The notes below the pieces were generated by a model, which saw only the letters and a list, made by a program, of their open reading frames with translations, ran no database searches and was not told where the DNA came from. A stretch of DNA of 64,000 nucleotides from Callorhinchus milii (lineage: Eukaryota), in assembly GCF_018977255.1 (NCBI RefSeq), contig NW_024704743.1:39806001-39870000 (forward strand), in the 5' to 3' direction. The position numbers and the translations under genes are program-made. This document shows positions 24,742-37,885 of the stretch, piece by piece; the first letter of the stretch is position 1, and the number at the start of each line of letters is the position of its first letter.

Positions 24742-24940
24742 ACAACAACAATTTAGATAGTGGTTTTCACATTGGGATTGGGTCTCAAAACTCTTCACAT
24801 AGCTGACTGAGCGTCAGAGATGGGGTTGGGGGGGTGTTGATGCTGAATAGAATGAGGACAGTAATGTGCAACAAGATGAAAACTATTGTTGAAAAGATAG
24901 TTCTTAGGGTGGACTTTAAAGAAGGGGAGGGAGAACCATA
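24742..24940 (-). mobile_element. Old L2 3' fragment
   Basis: (aac)n tail, then ttttcacattggg and gggtggactttaaag (reverse of FKVH). Confidence 0.5.
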
Positions 24941-25439
24941 TTGCAATGACCTTTATGTAACATAAATAGCCATTAAGAACATGTGGTAATGGGTTATTTT
25001 CCATAAACGTAAAGCAACAATCTGACTATTGCTATGTTTTAAAAGCCACCAGCACTGAAACAACATTCAAATGGATGAACGCTTCAACTCAACAACAGTG
25101 AACATCAGCTGTAACATTTGTAATTGAAAGCTAATGACTGTCTTGCTTCATACTATTCCACTTTGCATAAGACTGCATAAGGAAGCCAAATAGAGGAATT
25201 AATATGAGACATTTATTTTAAATTATTAATAATACATTATAAAACTTGAAGATTTGATCTTCTTATAATGGGACTGAAGAAATAGAAAAAAAGCAGCTGT
25301 AAAGTAAAAGAAAATCCCTTGCTTGTGACATTTTGTTTGTTTTTGAGTCACTTTCTTCTCTATGATCATTTTGACTCATTTGACTTGGCCTGAAATCTGC
25401 TAGACAGGCAGGCATAAGCTAACCATGTTAATTCCCATA

Positions 25440-26352
25440 AATCCCCCTCGAACACCAGCCATCACCGATCCCTCAAGGCACAGTTGCACAGGCAGAAAGC
25501 ATCTGGACCAAATCAAACCTATTGGTCCTGGCTTGACCACAATAAGGCTTACCTTTCCGCCCTCACCTCCGCCAAATCATCCTTTTACTCCAAGATAATC
25601 TTGGAGGCCAAGGACAATCCCAGGTTCCTCTTCTGCACCACTAACCGTCTCCACCATCCACCTCCCTGCACCTCACCCATCCTCTCCTCCAATTCCAACT
25701 GCAAAGAGATGTTGGACTTCCTCAAATCCAAAATCGAGGGGATTCATTTGGCTAGGCCCCTCCACCGCTACCCCCATTCATAACATCCAGCCTTGACAAC
25801 GCAAACCCCTGCTTGTCGGCCTCCTGAACTCCTCCCTTCATAGGCTGCAGGTTATCCAGAACTCTGCAGCCCATGTCCTCTCCCGCACCAGACTCCACAA
25901 CCCTATCACCACCATCTTCACCCGACTCCAGTGGCTTCCTATCACACAGAGGATACAGTTCAAGATCCTGGTCCTCACATTCAAAACCCTCCATGACCTT
26001 GCTACCCCTACCTCTGCCACTTCGTAATTCCCTACCATCCTGCTCACTCCCTCGGCTCAGTGGGCTCCGGCCTGCTTCACATCCTCCGCCTCGCCCGCCC
26101 CACCATTGGCGGGCAGGCCTTCAGCCATTCTACCCCCACCCTCTGGAACTCCATCCCGCAATTCTTCTGCCTTACCCCCTCCCTTGCTTCCTTCAAGATC
26201 CGCCTCAAGACCCTCCTCTTCGATCAAGCCTTCCCTCTGCCCCCAATGCTCCCAGATCCCAACCGCTAGCTCAGGTCCAAAACACTGACGGTCCAACACC
26301 TTTGGACATCCTCCCAACGTGAAAAACGCTATACAAATGTAACTCTGTTGCT
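25440..26352 (+). mobile_element. L2 (subfamily A) with RT domain deleted
   Basis: ORF2 linker AYLSALTSAKSSFYSKIILEAKDNPRFLF..DFLKSKIEGI joined to post-RT FITSSLD and a full 3' end. Confidence 0.85.
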
Positions 26353-27379
26353 TGTTGGAGGAGTTTCCAACGTGTCTGCAGCTTAGTGTTTATTGTCCTC
26401 CCCTGACTTGAAATAGGGGCAATTGTGTGTCGAAAGGAGTTTCACAAAAAATTGTACAGTCTGATGCCCAATAAGTATTCTCAAATCGTCAGAACCATCG
26501 TTGTTGCTAATGCAATGTTTAATTTGCATTTAGGTTAACTGTATACCTTTCAGATAAAAGAACAGTACAGTGAGCCATACAGTGAACTGAAAATTATTCT
26601 GTGCTGTGCTTGAATGTCCAAAGACAATTAGGAGCAAACAGTAGGTACAATTTATTGAAGACCCCTGTGCACCACTTAAAGGAGATGCTTGATTGAAATC
26701 CTTTCAAGACATTTATTTGTACTTAATTATTAAACAAGACTGTTTTAGTATGTTAACTAAAATGATGTCAGTACGTTTTCATGACACAAATGAAAATATT
26801 CTAGCAAAATAAATGCTTAAATAAATGTCTTAAATGTCTTAAATTGTCATTAAATTTGGACAATTTATCTGATCTGAAAAGGGTTTAAGAGAATCTTAGA
26901 GGTCATTTGGGTCCAACTTTATACAATATATAGAACATATAGAGCATGTAGTGATTGGCTTACATATGACAACTTGCTCTTAATTTTGCAAGCCTTTGTA
27001 TGAAATAGTTGCATGTTGCTCACAGTTGCATGGTTGCTACAGCCAAGCACACTTAAAGTGTATAATATCATTTTGGTTTATGTACTTATGACTTGAAAAG
27101 GAAGCAGCAGTTTGTAGACCTTTGGGATTGGATTATTTTCCCAATTGTTCTTGCGATTTTTAAAAAATGTAATTTTGTAGAAAATCAATTCGGTTCATAA
27201 AAGCAGAAGCTGCTCTTAGCGCAGTTCCTTTAGTTTGCAAGTTTTGCAGTTGAAAGCAATCTTATCTTTGGTTGTTTTATTCCAGGTGTTAGGTAGTGGT
27301 GGTGGGGGGTGGTGGGGTTTGGTGGATGCTGGGTTAAGCCCCCAAACTTGTTGTTAAGCACAAGATAATACATACATCA

Positions 27380-27815
27380 CATACTCAAGCCCCATGTCAG
27401 GACTTGGAAGTCATAAAATCTAAATGGATACTCCAATGCAGTGTTGATTGGGGGCGGGGGGGAAGAGAGAGCTGTTTTGTTGGCAGTGCCATGCTTTAGA
27501 GGAGATGTTAAACCGAGGTCCCTTTTGTCTGTTCAGATGGCATTATAGATCCCATGACATTATTTGAAAAGAGAAAGATTTTTTTTCTAGTATCCTGGCC
27601 AACAATTCCCCCAAATAAAATTGCTCATCCACTTCATGACTGTTTGTGGGACATTGCTGTGCACAATTTGGCTGCTGAGTTCACCCACAAAACACATAAT
27701 CAATTATACTTTACAGTGTATGCTGTGAAGCGCCTTGGGATACCCAAACAATGTGAAAGGCACTCTAACAAATAATACCAAACTCTTATCATTATTATTG
27801 ATTATTATTGTTATT
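27380..27815 (+). mobile_element. SacSINE1-like Deu SINE
   Basis: gatgttaaaccgaggtccc..agatcccatgacattatttgaaaagag, Deu core and tail. Confidence 0.8.
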
Positions 27816-27964
27816 TTGTGTCCTTATGATAATTATCAGGAGTAATGATTATCACATCACATGGTGCCCTTCATTATTTTTAACAGCCAAGTGTTTCATT
27901 TCTTCTTCTTTAAGGGATTAATTCTGATTATTTTCACTATTAAATGTTTCAAAATGTAAGAAAT

Positions 27965-28150
27965 ATAATTGGTCAGTCGCACATGCCTTGGCTGCTTGCA
28001 GGACATTGCTGTGAGCAAATTGGTTGCTGTGTTCACCTTCAAAATATACATAATCACATGAGTTTACAGTTTATCCTGTGAAGCGCTTTGAGGCATCTCA
28101 ACAGCATGATGCGGAGCTCGATCAAATGCAAGAATCCTTATTATTACTCA
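27965..28150 (+). mobile_element. Deu SINE 3' half
   Basis: ggacattgctgtgagcaaattggttgctg, followed by the tail. Confidence 0.7.
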
Positions 28151-28519
28151 TTAAGTGCATCTAAATACAATGAATGAAAATATATAACATTATCAAATTG
28201 TTACTAAGTGTATGCACCGCACACTGCAAAACTATCTAAAGTGTGCATGTATTTGTCAAAACAAATATAAGGTCTGTAATCTCCAAAGCAAAATAATTAG
28301 CTACATTCTTTTATATGGCAGTCTCACATTGACTCACATAAAGAACAAATTCACAAATATATGTTGGGATATACAGATATGTAGTCAATTATTAACATAA
28401 GAATTTAGTGATCAAGTACAGCAAGATTGATAGCTTCTGTTAAAACTTTTGTTAAAATATTACTCCTCTCATTCAGTTAAGTAAACAACACAATCATATG
28501 TGTGTGTGTGTGTATGCGT

Positions 28520-29402
28520 AAAAACAACTCCAAATTCCTGTTCTCTATCAACCACCACCTTCTCCGCACGTCCCATCAAACACCCTCAATCCTAACATCA
28601 ATTGCCAAGTGCAAAGAAATCTTGGATTTCTTTATTTCCAAGATAGATAACATTCGCCTGGCGTTCTCCTCCTCCTGCCTCAGGTCCCCCACCCAACCCT
28701 GCTCACACCTCTCAGTTTGATTCCCAGCTTTCCTTCCTACCCGCATCCGTTCCCTGACCAGGACCATTTATTTCCACCTCCGCTACTTTGCCCACCTCTG
28801 TCCGTACCTCACAACTGATGCAGCTGAAACCCTCATCCATGCCTTTGTCACTTCTCAGCTGGACTATTCAAATGCCCTCCTTGCTAGTCTCCCCAGCTCC
28901 AGCATACAAAAAATCCAATGAATTAAAAAATCTGCCGCCCGGATACTTACCCCCATGAATTTCTGTACCCCCATCACACCAGTCCTTGCCAGGCTACACC
29001 GGATCCCAATCACTGAACAGATCGATTTCAAGATCCTCTCACTTGCTTTTAAATTACTTCATTCCCTTGCACTCCTTACCTATTCGACCCACACTCCACT
29101 ATCTGCTGCCTAAGCTCAGCTGGCTCCTGCCTCATATTTGTCCCATGTGCCCTCCATTCCACCATTGGTGGCCATGCGTTCAGCCACTACGCCCTGAAAA
29201 TCTGGAACTCTGTCCCTCAATCCCTCCACTTTGCCCCCTCTTTCCACATCTTCAAATCCGTCATAAAGGCCTTCCTTTTTGATCGTGCTTATGGTCACCA
29301 ACCCCCTCCTTCTCCCCCGGCTCATTGTCAGACTCCGCCACTGTGAAGTGCTCCGGGAAGCTACCCTGCGTGAAGGGCACTATCAAATTGTTACTGTTGG
29401 GT
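28520..29402 (+). mobile_element. L2 (subfamily B) with RT domain deleted
   Basis: NNSKFLFS..CKEILDFFISKIDNIRLA joined to post-RT AETLIHAFVTSQLDYSNALL and a 3' tail. Confidence 0.85.
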
Positions 29403-30267
29403 TTGTTTTGTTCAATTGGCCAAACAATCCATATTGCTGCTATGATCTACTGCTTTTTCAAACCTAATGAAACAAACTTTTTTAGGATGTTTTGTTTCAT
29501 GTTGGCCCATTCCACTGTTTCCTAAGCTTGCAAATCCTAGGGGAAAAAAGCTTTCCCAACTTTGATTCTTTCTTCATTACCTTATAATAGAAGCAAAAAA
29601 ATAACTATGAGTAATTTCTTTCCACGCTCTGTCTAATCTATTAAAGGGATTGCCCACATGTCTTTCTATAAAATACAGAAACCTCTATGCAGGGCCAAGG
29701 CTCATTGTGCAGAACCACCGTGTTTGATATGAACAGAAAACAGAATGAAATAGTTAAAGAAGTGCTTAACTGACACCACAAGTGAGTTTTTAAAAGCATC
29801 TAGATGCGCTGTAACTGCAATCTATTTAGGGATTATTGACGTTACTTTCGGACTGTCAGGCATCATGACATGTTGGACAGTTTATCAGCTGTTATGTGGT
29901 TCCATTATTGCTGAATCCATTGTGCTCTCTTTTCAGCCCCACTGTGTTTTAATTTTGTGGTGGCAGGAAGTTAAACTGCCTAATCAGTAGAGATCAGCAA
30001 ATAATCATTGTTCATTAAGTACTGGGCTACTGTAAGCAGTGACAACTGGTTAGGACATGGTATGCTTAACCAAATGTTAAGAAACCCTTTGTGAATAGAA
30101 CAATTTGTACTTCTGATTCCGTACACCACCAGTGGTGCAAAAGACCATGCTCAGGTACAACACCTTTTTTTGAACTAGTGTGAATCCACCAAGCAAGAAT
30201 CAGGAGGTAACCTCTGCAAGACGTTGTTTAATGTTCTTATGCAAACTCTAGGATGATTAGATTTCAG

Positions 30268-31212
30268 CCTGGCTCTGTTTTAATAGTCTTACCTCTGAAT
30301 TAGAAGGTTGTGAGTTCAAGGACCACATCAGGAGTTTGAGCTCATGGTCTAATCTAGCACTCCAATAAAGTGCTGGGGGAATGCTGCATTGCTGAATGTG
30401 CTGTCCGTTGGATTACACTTCAAACCTAGAGGAAGCCTACCTCTTCAGGTGGACATTAAAAGTTCCATTTTTCAAAAAGAGAAGGGAAAATCTCGCATAT
30501 CAAATTGATTATTCACTTCATGGCAGTTTTGGGGACATTACTGAATGAATCCGCCACTGCCTCACCCCTCAGGCTGCCAAAACCCTCACCCACGCATTTG
30601 TCACATCAAGGCTCGATTACGGGAACTCCCTCCTCATCGGCCTTCCCAACTCTTCCCCTCACAAGCTGCAGATCTTCCAAAACTCTGCAGCTCGTGTACT
30701 CTCACACGACAGACTCCACGACCCCATCACTCCCACCCTCGTCGGACTCCACTGGCTCCCCATCCCCCAGAGGATCGAGTTCAAGATCCTCGTCCTCACC
30801 TTCAAGGCCATCCATGGCCTTGCCCCTTCCTACCTCTCTGACCTGCTGACTCCCTACCAACGTGTCCGCTCCCTCCATTCATTGGGCTCTGGCCTGCTCC
30901 ATGTCTCCCGCCTGACTGACGCTACCATCGGAGGCCGGGCTTTCAGCCTCTCTGCCCCCACACTCTGGAACTCCATCCCCCTCCTTCAAGGCTGGTCTCA
31001 AGACCCTTCTCTTCGACCGTGCCTTTGGTCTCCCTCCCACCTCTCTGCCTTCCCTCACCCCTACACCACCCCTCCCCCATGCTCAGGCCCCGACACCCGA
31101 CTATTCAGCACCTTGGGACGTCCTCCCGACCTGAAAGACGCTCTACAAATGTAATTTTGTTGTTGATGTTGTGTTGTTGTTGTTGTATGCAAATTGGCTG
31201 CATTATCCCTGC
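30268..31212 (+). mobile_element. SacSINE1-like SINE split by an L2 (30268-30543 and 31182-31212)
   Basis: The Deu core breaks at gggacattactg and resumes tgtatgcaaattggctgc after the L2 tail. Confidence 0.7.
30546..31183 (+). mobile_element. L2 (subfamily A) 3' fragment, well preserved
   Basis: Frame AKTLTHAFVTSRLDYGNSLLIGLP..LHWLPIPQRIEFKILVLTFKA; stem-loop and (ttg)n tail. Confidence 0.92.
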
Positions 31213-31214
31213 AG

Positions 31215-31955
31215 TAGGGAAAGAGGTGCAAGGGAGACCAAAGGCATGGTTGAAGAGAAGGGGTGAGGTTGAGTGTGCAGCCGTGGAGACTGATGTTGCC
31301 AGCGTCTGAGATGCGGAGACACTGGCACAAGCCAATCAGGAGGGCCTTGGTCTTGCTGACATTGAGTTGGAGAAAGTTGGCCCTCGTCCAGGACTTGATG
31401 TCGGACAGGCAGTCGGTCAGGACGCCAATAGTCCTGGAGTTCAGGGTGGAGGCAGAGAGGTAGAGTTGAATGTCATCCACATACATGTGGAAATTTACCC
31501 CATGTCTGTGGATGATGTCACCAAGGGGGAGCATGTAGAGCGTGAAGAGTAGGGGACCGAGGACAGAGCCCTGAGGACACCACACGACATGGTGCGGGGT
31601 TGGAGGAGAAGCCGTTTGCCACGACGAAGTGGAGGCAGTGTGAAAGATAGGACCTGAACCAGTCACGGACAGAACCTTGAAGGTTAAGGTGGGAGGAGAG
31701 GCAGTGGAGGAGGATTGAGTTGTCCATGGTGTCAAAGGCAGAGGAGAGGTCGAGGAGGATGTGGAGGCAGAGGGATCCCTGGTCACACATGGTCAGGATG
31801 TCGTTTGTGACCTCGACCAGAGCAGTTTAACCCGATTGGAGGGCTTCATGGAGGGAGTGAGAGGAGAGGAAAGAGTGAAGCTGGGAGGCAACAGCTCTAT
31901 CAAGGACATTGGATAGGAAGGGGAGATTTGAGATGGGCCGGCATCTAGATAGCTG
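31215..31955 (-). mobile_element. L2 RT-domain fragment
   Basis: LLDLSSAFDTMD and PQGSVLGPLLFTLYMLPLGDIIHRHGVNFHMYVDDIQLY; frameshifted. Confidence 0.93.
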
Positions 31956-33188
31956 TGACACACTTTGAGATATCCTCCTGACATGCAATACATCATATCA
32001 GATGACATGATTATTATTTTAATATTAGCACTTGGAACAAGAACAGCAAAAGCAGAATGTAACTCGAGTTGAGCCCATACTAATTTAAGAGTTACTCTCA
32101 GAATAGAATACAAAGAGAGATGAGAGGGAAGGCTGAACTTTGTCACAAAAAGAATAATAACCTTTCAGAATAAATTACTTGGAAAGGCAATTAGGTGAAT
32201 GGATAATATTGATGGGTTCAAAAGATATAAAACTTTATGTAAAGATAAGGATTTTGTAATATGAAAAAAGGGAAATAGGTAGGACTGAGAATCAAAAAGG
32301 GACAGGTTTACCTGGCTCATAATCCTTGGCTGAACGTAAAAACTCTTATGTAATTATACCTGTAATTCTACATAGTTAGTATTATTAATTAATGTATTAT
32401 AATGCTACAATCTATTCCACACATAACTCTCAACAAGCCAACAACAGCATAACATCTTAGGTATATAGATAACTGTGATTTATAATACTCTGATTTGTGT
32501 TGATTTGTACCGAATAGCCACAAAAGTAACAAAATTGTAATATACCAATGTCCATATTTCCTGGATGAAAAAAAAACTTTCAGCAATCCATGTTGTAAAA
32601 AGTTTATTGGTTTTCCAGCTTTCTGAATTCAGAAGCTGGCTGAGGACACCAAGAAACTGCCACACATTCTATATAAGTGAAACTCATTAACTTGTCCTCT
32701 GCAAAAAGAGAACAAAGCCACAAACTCATTCCTTCCATTTACTGGCCTCAATAACAACAGCAAGTATAGAAGCACTTGACACTTCCCAGCGGAAGAGATC
32801 TTTCAACCCATTAAGAAGCAATTTGTTTTTATTAACACGCAACAATGGGAGAGAGACGGGGTATCTGAACCTTTGGATATCTGCCTGCCCCAGCATAATT
32901 CAGGTCCTGCCAAATCCAGCACCAAGCAGATCCTCACAAGCTCAAAATATTCTCCCTAACCTTACGGCATCATTCCGTTTCATAAATGAGACCAGTGTCT
33001 GGCATCTTCCACCTTTCCTGGAATATGATTTCAGCCATTGATATCATCCTGTGCAAAGAAATGCTTTCTGGTGTCTGTCATACACTATAAAGTGGTATCC
33101 TCCTGTACTGTTATGTTGGTGTATGTAAAAAAGCTTGACTGAGGTTTCTTTCTCTTCTGTATTAAACATCTTGTATTCCTCTATAAGG

Positions 33189-34210
33189 AACAGAGAGACC
33201 TCGGGGTTCATAGAAGTAAATCTTTGAAGATGGTAGGACAGGTAGATAAAGCTGTCAAAAAAGCATATGCGATACTAGGCTTTATAAATAGGGGCATAGA
33301 TTATAATAATAATAATAATCCTTGCATTTGATATAGCGCTTTTCACGTTGGGAGAACGTCCCAAAGCGCTTCACAGAACACACTGTAAAGTAAATTGACT
33401 ATATTTGTGGGCGAACGCGGCAGCCAATTGCGCACAGCAACATCCTACAAACAGTCGTAGATTGTTTTTATTTATTATTGTTTTTGGTTTTGGAGTAAGG
33501 AAACTTGCCCAAGGTTTCGCCCTGTGCCTGGAATTGAACTCGGGTCTCTCGTTTGCAAAGTGAGAGCTCTAACCACTGAGCTACAGGACTCCACAATATA
33601 AAAGTCAGGAAGTTATGATGAATCTTTATAAAACACTGGTTAGGCCTCAGCTGGAGTAATGTGTTCAGTTCTGGGCACCACACTTTAGGAAGGATGTCAA
33701 GGCATTGAAGAGGGTGCAAAGGAGATTTACCAGGATGGTACCAGGAATGAGGGACTTCAGTTATCAGGAGAGGCTAGAGAAGCTAGGGTTATTCTCCTTG
33801 GACCAAAGAAGGTTATGAGCAGACTTAATACAAGTTTTCAAAATTATGAGAGGATTTGATAAGGAACAAGCAGAAACTATTTCCACTGGTGGGTGGGTCG
33901 GTAACCCAAGGGCACTGATTTAAAATAGTTGTTAAAAGAAACAGAGGGGAGGTGAAGAGAAATTGTTTTTACACAGCAAGTTGTTCGGATCTGGAATGCA
34001 TTGCCTGAAAGGGTGGTGGAAGCTGATTTGATAACAGCTTTTAAATGAGAAGTCGATAATTAATTGGAAAGGACAAGTTTGCAGGGTTATGGGGAGAGAG
34101 CAGGGGAGTGGGATTGATTTGGGTAGTTCTTTTCAAAGAGCCAGCACAAACACGATGGGCTGAATGGTCTCCTTCTGTACTGTATAATTCTATGATTCCA
34201 TGATTCTATG
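33189..34210 (+). mobile_element. CR1-clade LINE 3' fragment interrupted by a SINE
   Basis: QRDLGVH..AYAILGFINRGIE|YKSQEVMMNLYKTLVRPQLE*CVQFWAPHFRKDV..; (attctatg)n tail. Confidence 0.93.
33301..33594 (-). mobile_element. Young short-subfamily SINE
   Basis: Reverse complement of the 3741 copy with two small internal deletions. Confidence 0.92.
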
Positions 34211-35249
34211 AGGTCTAAGATTCCCCACTTAGATGTCTCTTTTCAAGGCTGAAAAGCCCTAACTTATTTATTTCCTCTTAGTTCATCATTTTAACAATTG
34301 GTATCAGATGCATTGCTTGTGTAGTTTTCTGATTTGCTAGTTTGCACTGAAGCAATTCTGCATCAGTTATCTCGCTGTGATTGCCGCGAGGGAGGTGTAA
34401 GGGTCCATCTCATAGAATAGCCATCTAAAAATTCATAACTACAAGCAGTAAAATTTCATGAAGTGCAATATATCTCTTATAATCGTAAAAGTGTTTTTGC
34501 CATAGTAAAGCTGTCATTCGATCCCTGAATGATCATGACTGGAATTTTCTAAATCTCCTGTTAAATCTTTGTAAACTGTTTTGCGAATGTTTTCTTTGAT
34601 GTGTCTTGAAATTGCCACACTTTGATGTGATTTTGGAGATTAAATGTGATTCAGTATGCTTTCATTAATGACTTCCAACCAATCATACAGCCACATCTCC
34701 ATTCAGAAGCTTGAGAAATATTGTTGCATTTGTAACTTTTATTTCTAATTTACAGTATTTCTAATCTAATTCTAATCTGAGCATTCGCCTACAAAACACA
34801 CAGTCACTGCACTTTACAGTGCGATCCGCTACATATTGTTTGTAACCTGAAGTGAGAGATCAGAGCTTCTGTTCAGTTTGCTCTTGGAGAGTCAGGTATG
34901 TTTGTTTTCATTTTAGTACTTATTTGCTGGGCTGTATATTTAGTTACATGGTAAAGATTGTGTTCTCTACTGTCCAAAACAATGTTGTTTTACAGTGGAA
35001 CTTGGTCCTTGGACCTAAAATAATACTTGTCTGAAGACTAAATATAATTTAAATTACTAAAACAAAAAAAGGATGAAAATGAGAGCAGGGGGAGGAGAAG
35101 ATGCAGTATACTGGCAACTACTGGTCAATCAGATTTATTGTGAGATAAAAATGCTAACCTCCTATGAAGCATTGTCAATTTCAGCTATTAAGTTAAATAA
35201 GCTTTTAGGAATCCAGCAATTTTATTTTATTACTCCACTAGTAGAGTAA

Positions 35250-35560
35250 TTACTCACTTCGAATGAAATGGTCACGCAAGATCCGGTCTACCTGTCAGGT
35301 GAACATTAAAGATCCCATGGCACTATTCGTAAGAATGGAACTTTCTCTCAGTGTCCTGCCCAACAATTCCTCAATAAAGGAAAATAATCATTCAATCCAT
35401 GACTGTTTGTGGGTCACTGCTGTGCACAATGGCTGCCACATTTCGCCCATAAATGTACAGTCAATTTCACTTTACAGTATATTCTGTGAAGCGTTTGAGA
35501 CGTCGAAAAGAGGTGAAAAGCGCTATATCAAATGCAAGGATTATTATTTATTATTATACA
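35250..35560 (+). mobile_element. Deu SINE (SacSINE1-like body)
   Basis: aaagatcccatggcactattcg..gtgtcctgcccaac, Deu core and tail. Confidence 0.8.
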
Positions 35561-36747
35561 CAGACACTAGACTTTACGAAAAAAAATTGTGAAGCATTTT
35601 GAGAATTTTCAACATTCCAAGGTGCTATACTGTATCAAATGCAAGGATTATAATTATTTCATTATTTTAGTGTGTTCATGATGATCTGGTAGAGAATGGG
35701 AGGATTTTTTTCTCAGAACCGGTTAGATATTCCCATCCTTCCCTTGTACAAGCGGAAGAATTCTGACATAAACAATTCCCTTTGAAAATTGAAAAATCGC
35801 ATTTTTGAATATGCAGTTTATTTCCATTGTGCCCTACTTTCATATAATCTTTCAGGTACATTTTCATTTCATTTTAATTCTTATTTCATGGCCATTGAAT
35901 TTATATGTGAGATATTTTAATCAATTTCACACATTGTATCTGTTTTAATATTGTTGCATTATTTACTTCAAAATATCTTTTACTTAGACCAGAGCTTCCA
36001 CAAGCCACTGAATTAATGAGCCTTCCTCCACTTAACACTATTGCTCATCCAACTTCCATTGATCTAGTCTTTGGGGTGGCGGGGTGGGCGGTGGGAGGAA
36101 ACATGATAATGTTTGTTTCCTGTTTAGGGACAGTTGTAATAAATGAAGGTTAATAGTATTTTCACTGCATGCTAAGAAGCCTAAGGGCAGTAATGTCCTC
36201 TCTACATGATTTCCAATATTGCTGGACTATGGCAGATATTTGTGCATGAAAATGGAAATCAGCAGTTCACTATTTATGAAATTAAGCTTGTTTCACATAA
36301 ATTCAGGAATTCAACTTGTCACAATGCCATCTGCATGGCACAGAACATGATACCTTAGAGCCTGATTTTGTCAAACCACAGATAGGAATGAATGGAATGA
36401 TATTTGAATGGTGTAAGCTTTGGTTATGCAAATTTAGAAGCTTTGTGAATAACAGAGCAAAATATTATGAGCAAGAATGACATTGATTACAAAGGTTTGA
36501 ATGGGTTTCTAATATTTTTAAATTGTTTCAGATATCTCTGCTTAGATTCTTTCATTTCTTTTACCTGCAAGCTAAATAATTTACACTTTTGACTGGCATA
36601 AACCCAGGTTTTATTGTGTTCATTCCACTCTGTATCATTTCTAGCATGCATTAAAACTGAAAACAATATTTTTGCAATTTAATAACTGCTTTTAAATAAA
36701 ACTTTTGCTATGAGAATTCCACTGCCTTAGAGAAGGCAAAACAGCAG

Positions 36748-37107
36748 TAATAATAATAATAATTCTTGCATTTGACATAGTGCCTTATCATGTCTTCGAG
36801 ATGTCTCAAGGTGCTTCACATAATATATTGTAAAGTGAATTGACTATACTTTGTGGGCGAAATACGGCAGGCAATTGTGCATAGCAGCATCTCACAAACA
36901 GTCATGGATTGAATGACCAATTTTTTTAAAAGGGATTATTACCCCCGGAAAAGCAATCCATCGATCGACTATCAACCGGGTTCCTACTTATTGCTGGTAA
37001 ACAGAGGCATGTGGAATAAGGAAACTTGCCTCACATTTTGTACTGCCCAGGAACTGAATCCAGATCCTCTTGCTTGCGAGGTGAGTGCTCTAACCACTGA
37101 GCTACAG
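36748..37107 (-). mobile_element. Long-subfamily SINE
   Basis: Head, internal segment, Deu core and tail on the reverse strand. Confidence 0.88.
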
Positions 37108-37139
37108 TAGAAGTTATTTGTCCAGCAATGGGTGTGAGC

Positions 37140-37505
37140 ATGAAGAAGTGTTGTGAGGAAAGGATGACATGCAATGACTGCGGATTTGTAGGTAAATGCA
37201 GCAGCCAAGTTGTGGATGCAATGTCCCACAAACAAGCAAGAAGTGAATGACAAATTTCATCTGGGTGATTGTTGGCCAGAAGACAAAGAGAAACTCTGTT
37301 CTCTTTTTTCAATAGTGCCGATCAGATCTTTAAAATGTACTTGAACATGCATACAGGATATTTGCTTAATGTCTTACACAAATGACAGCACCTCCAACAA
37401 TGCAGCACTCCCCTAGCACAGCACTGGAGTGTCAGCCTAGATAATGTGAATTTGAACTAACAACCTTCTGCTTGAGAGGCAAGTGCTACCAATTAAGCCA
37501 GGTTG
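37140..37505 (-). mobile_element. SacSINE1-like SINE
   Basis: gcagccaagttgtg..aatgtcccacaaac..caatagtgcc..agatcttt..gcagcactccc..gcactggagtgtcagcctaga. Confidence 0.78.
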
Positions 37506-37664
37506 ACATTAAACACTTTAGTATATCCTGAGAAGTGCTTTGAGACATTTATTGACATGATAAGGCTCTATTTCAAATGCAAGGAATAATATTTTGATAA
37601 TTTACGTGCATGTATGAAGTTTAGAAGTAGAGTTCATTGTAAGAAATATTGTATGAAGGGTATG

Positions 37665-37885
37665 CCCTCAGCCTTTCTGTCCCCACCCTATGGAACTCCA
37701 TCTCACATTCCCTCGCTCTCTCCCTTGCCTCCTTCAAGGTGCATCTCAAAGCCCTTCGGCCACAGTCCTACCCTCCTTGCCCTCGACCCTCCCTGATCCC
37801 AACCCCCAGAGCAGGTCCAAATCCCTGACTGTCCAGCACTTTGGGATGTCTTCCTGATGTGAAATGTTGTATTGTATTGTATTTG
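37665..37885 (+). mobile_element. L2 (subfamily A) 3' end
   Basis: ggaactccatc..ccttcaagg..ttgggatgtcttcc and (ttgta)n tail. Confidence 0.8.

Larger units (their letters stand above)
32990..34310 (-). mobile_element. Very old CR1 split into 32990-33188 and 34211-34310 by a younger CR1
   Basis: catcttgtattcctctataagg continues after the insert as ..cccacttagatgtctcttttcaaggctgaaaagccct (reverse of GLFSLEKRHL). Confidence 0.55.

Noticed and set aside
31061..31790. 241-aa ORF as an intact reverse transcriptase gene
   Set aside because: It is a frameshifted, internally deleted L2 ORF2 fragment with no endonuclease domain.
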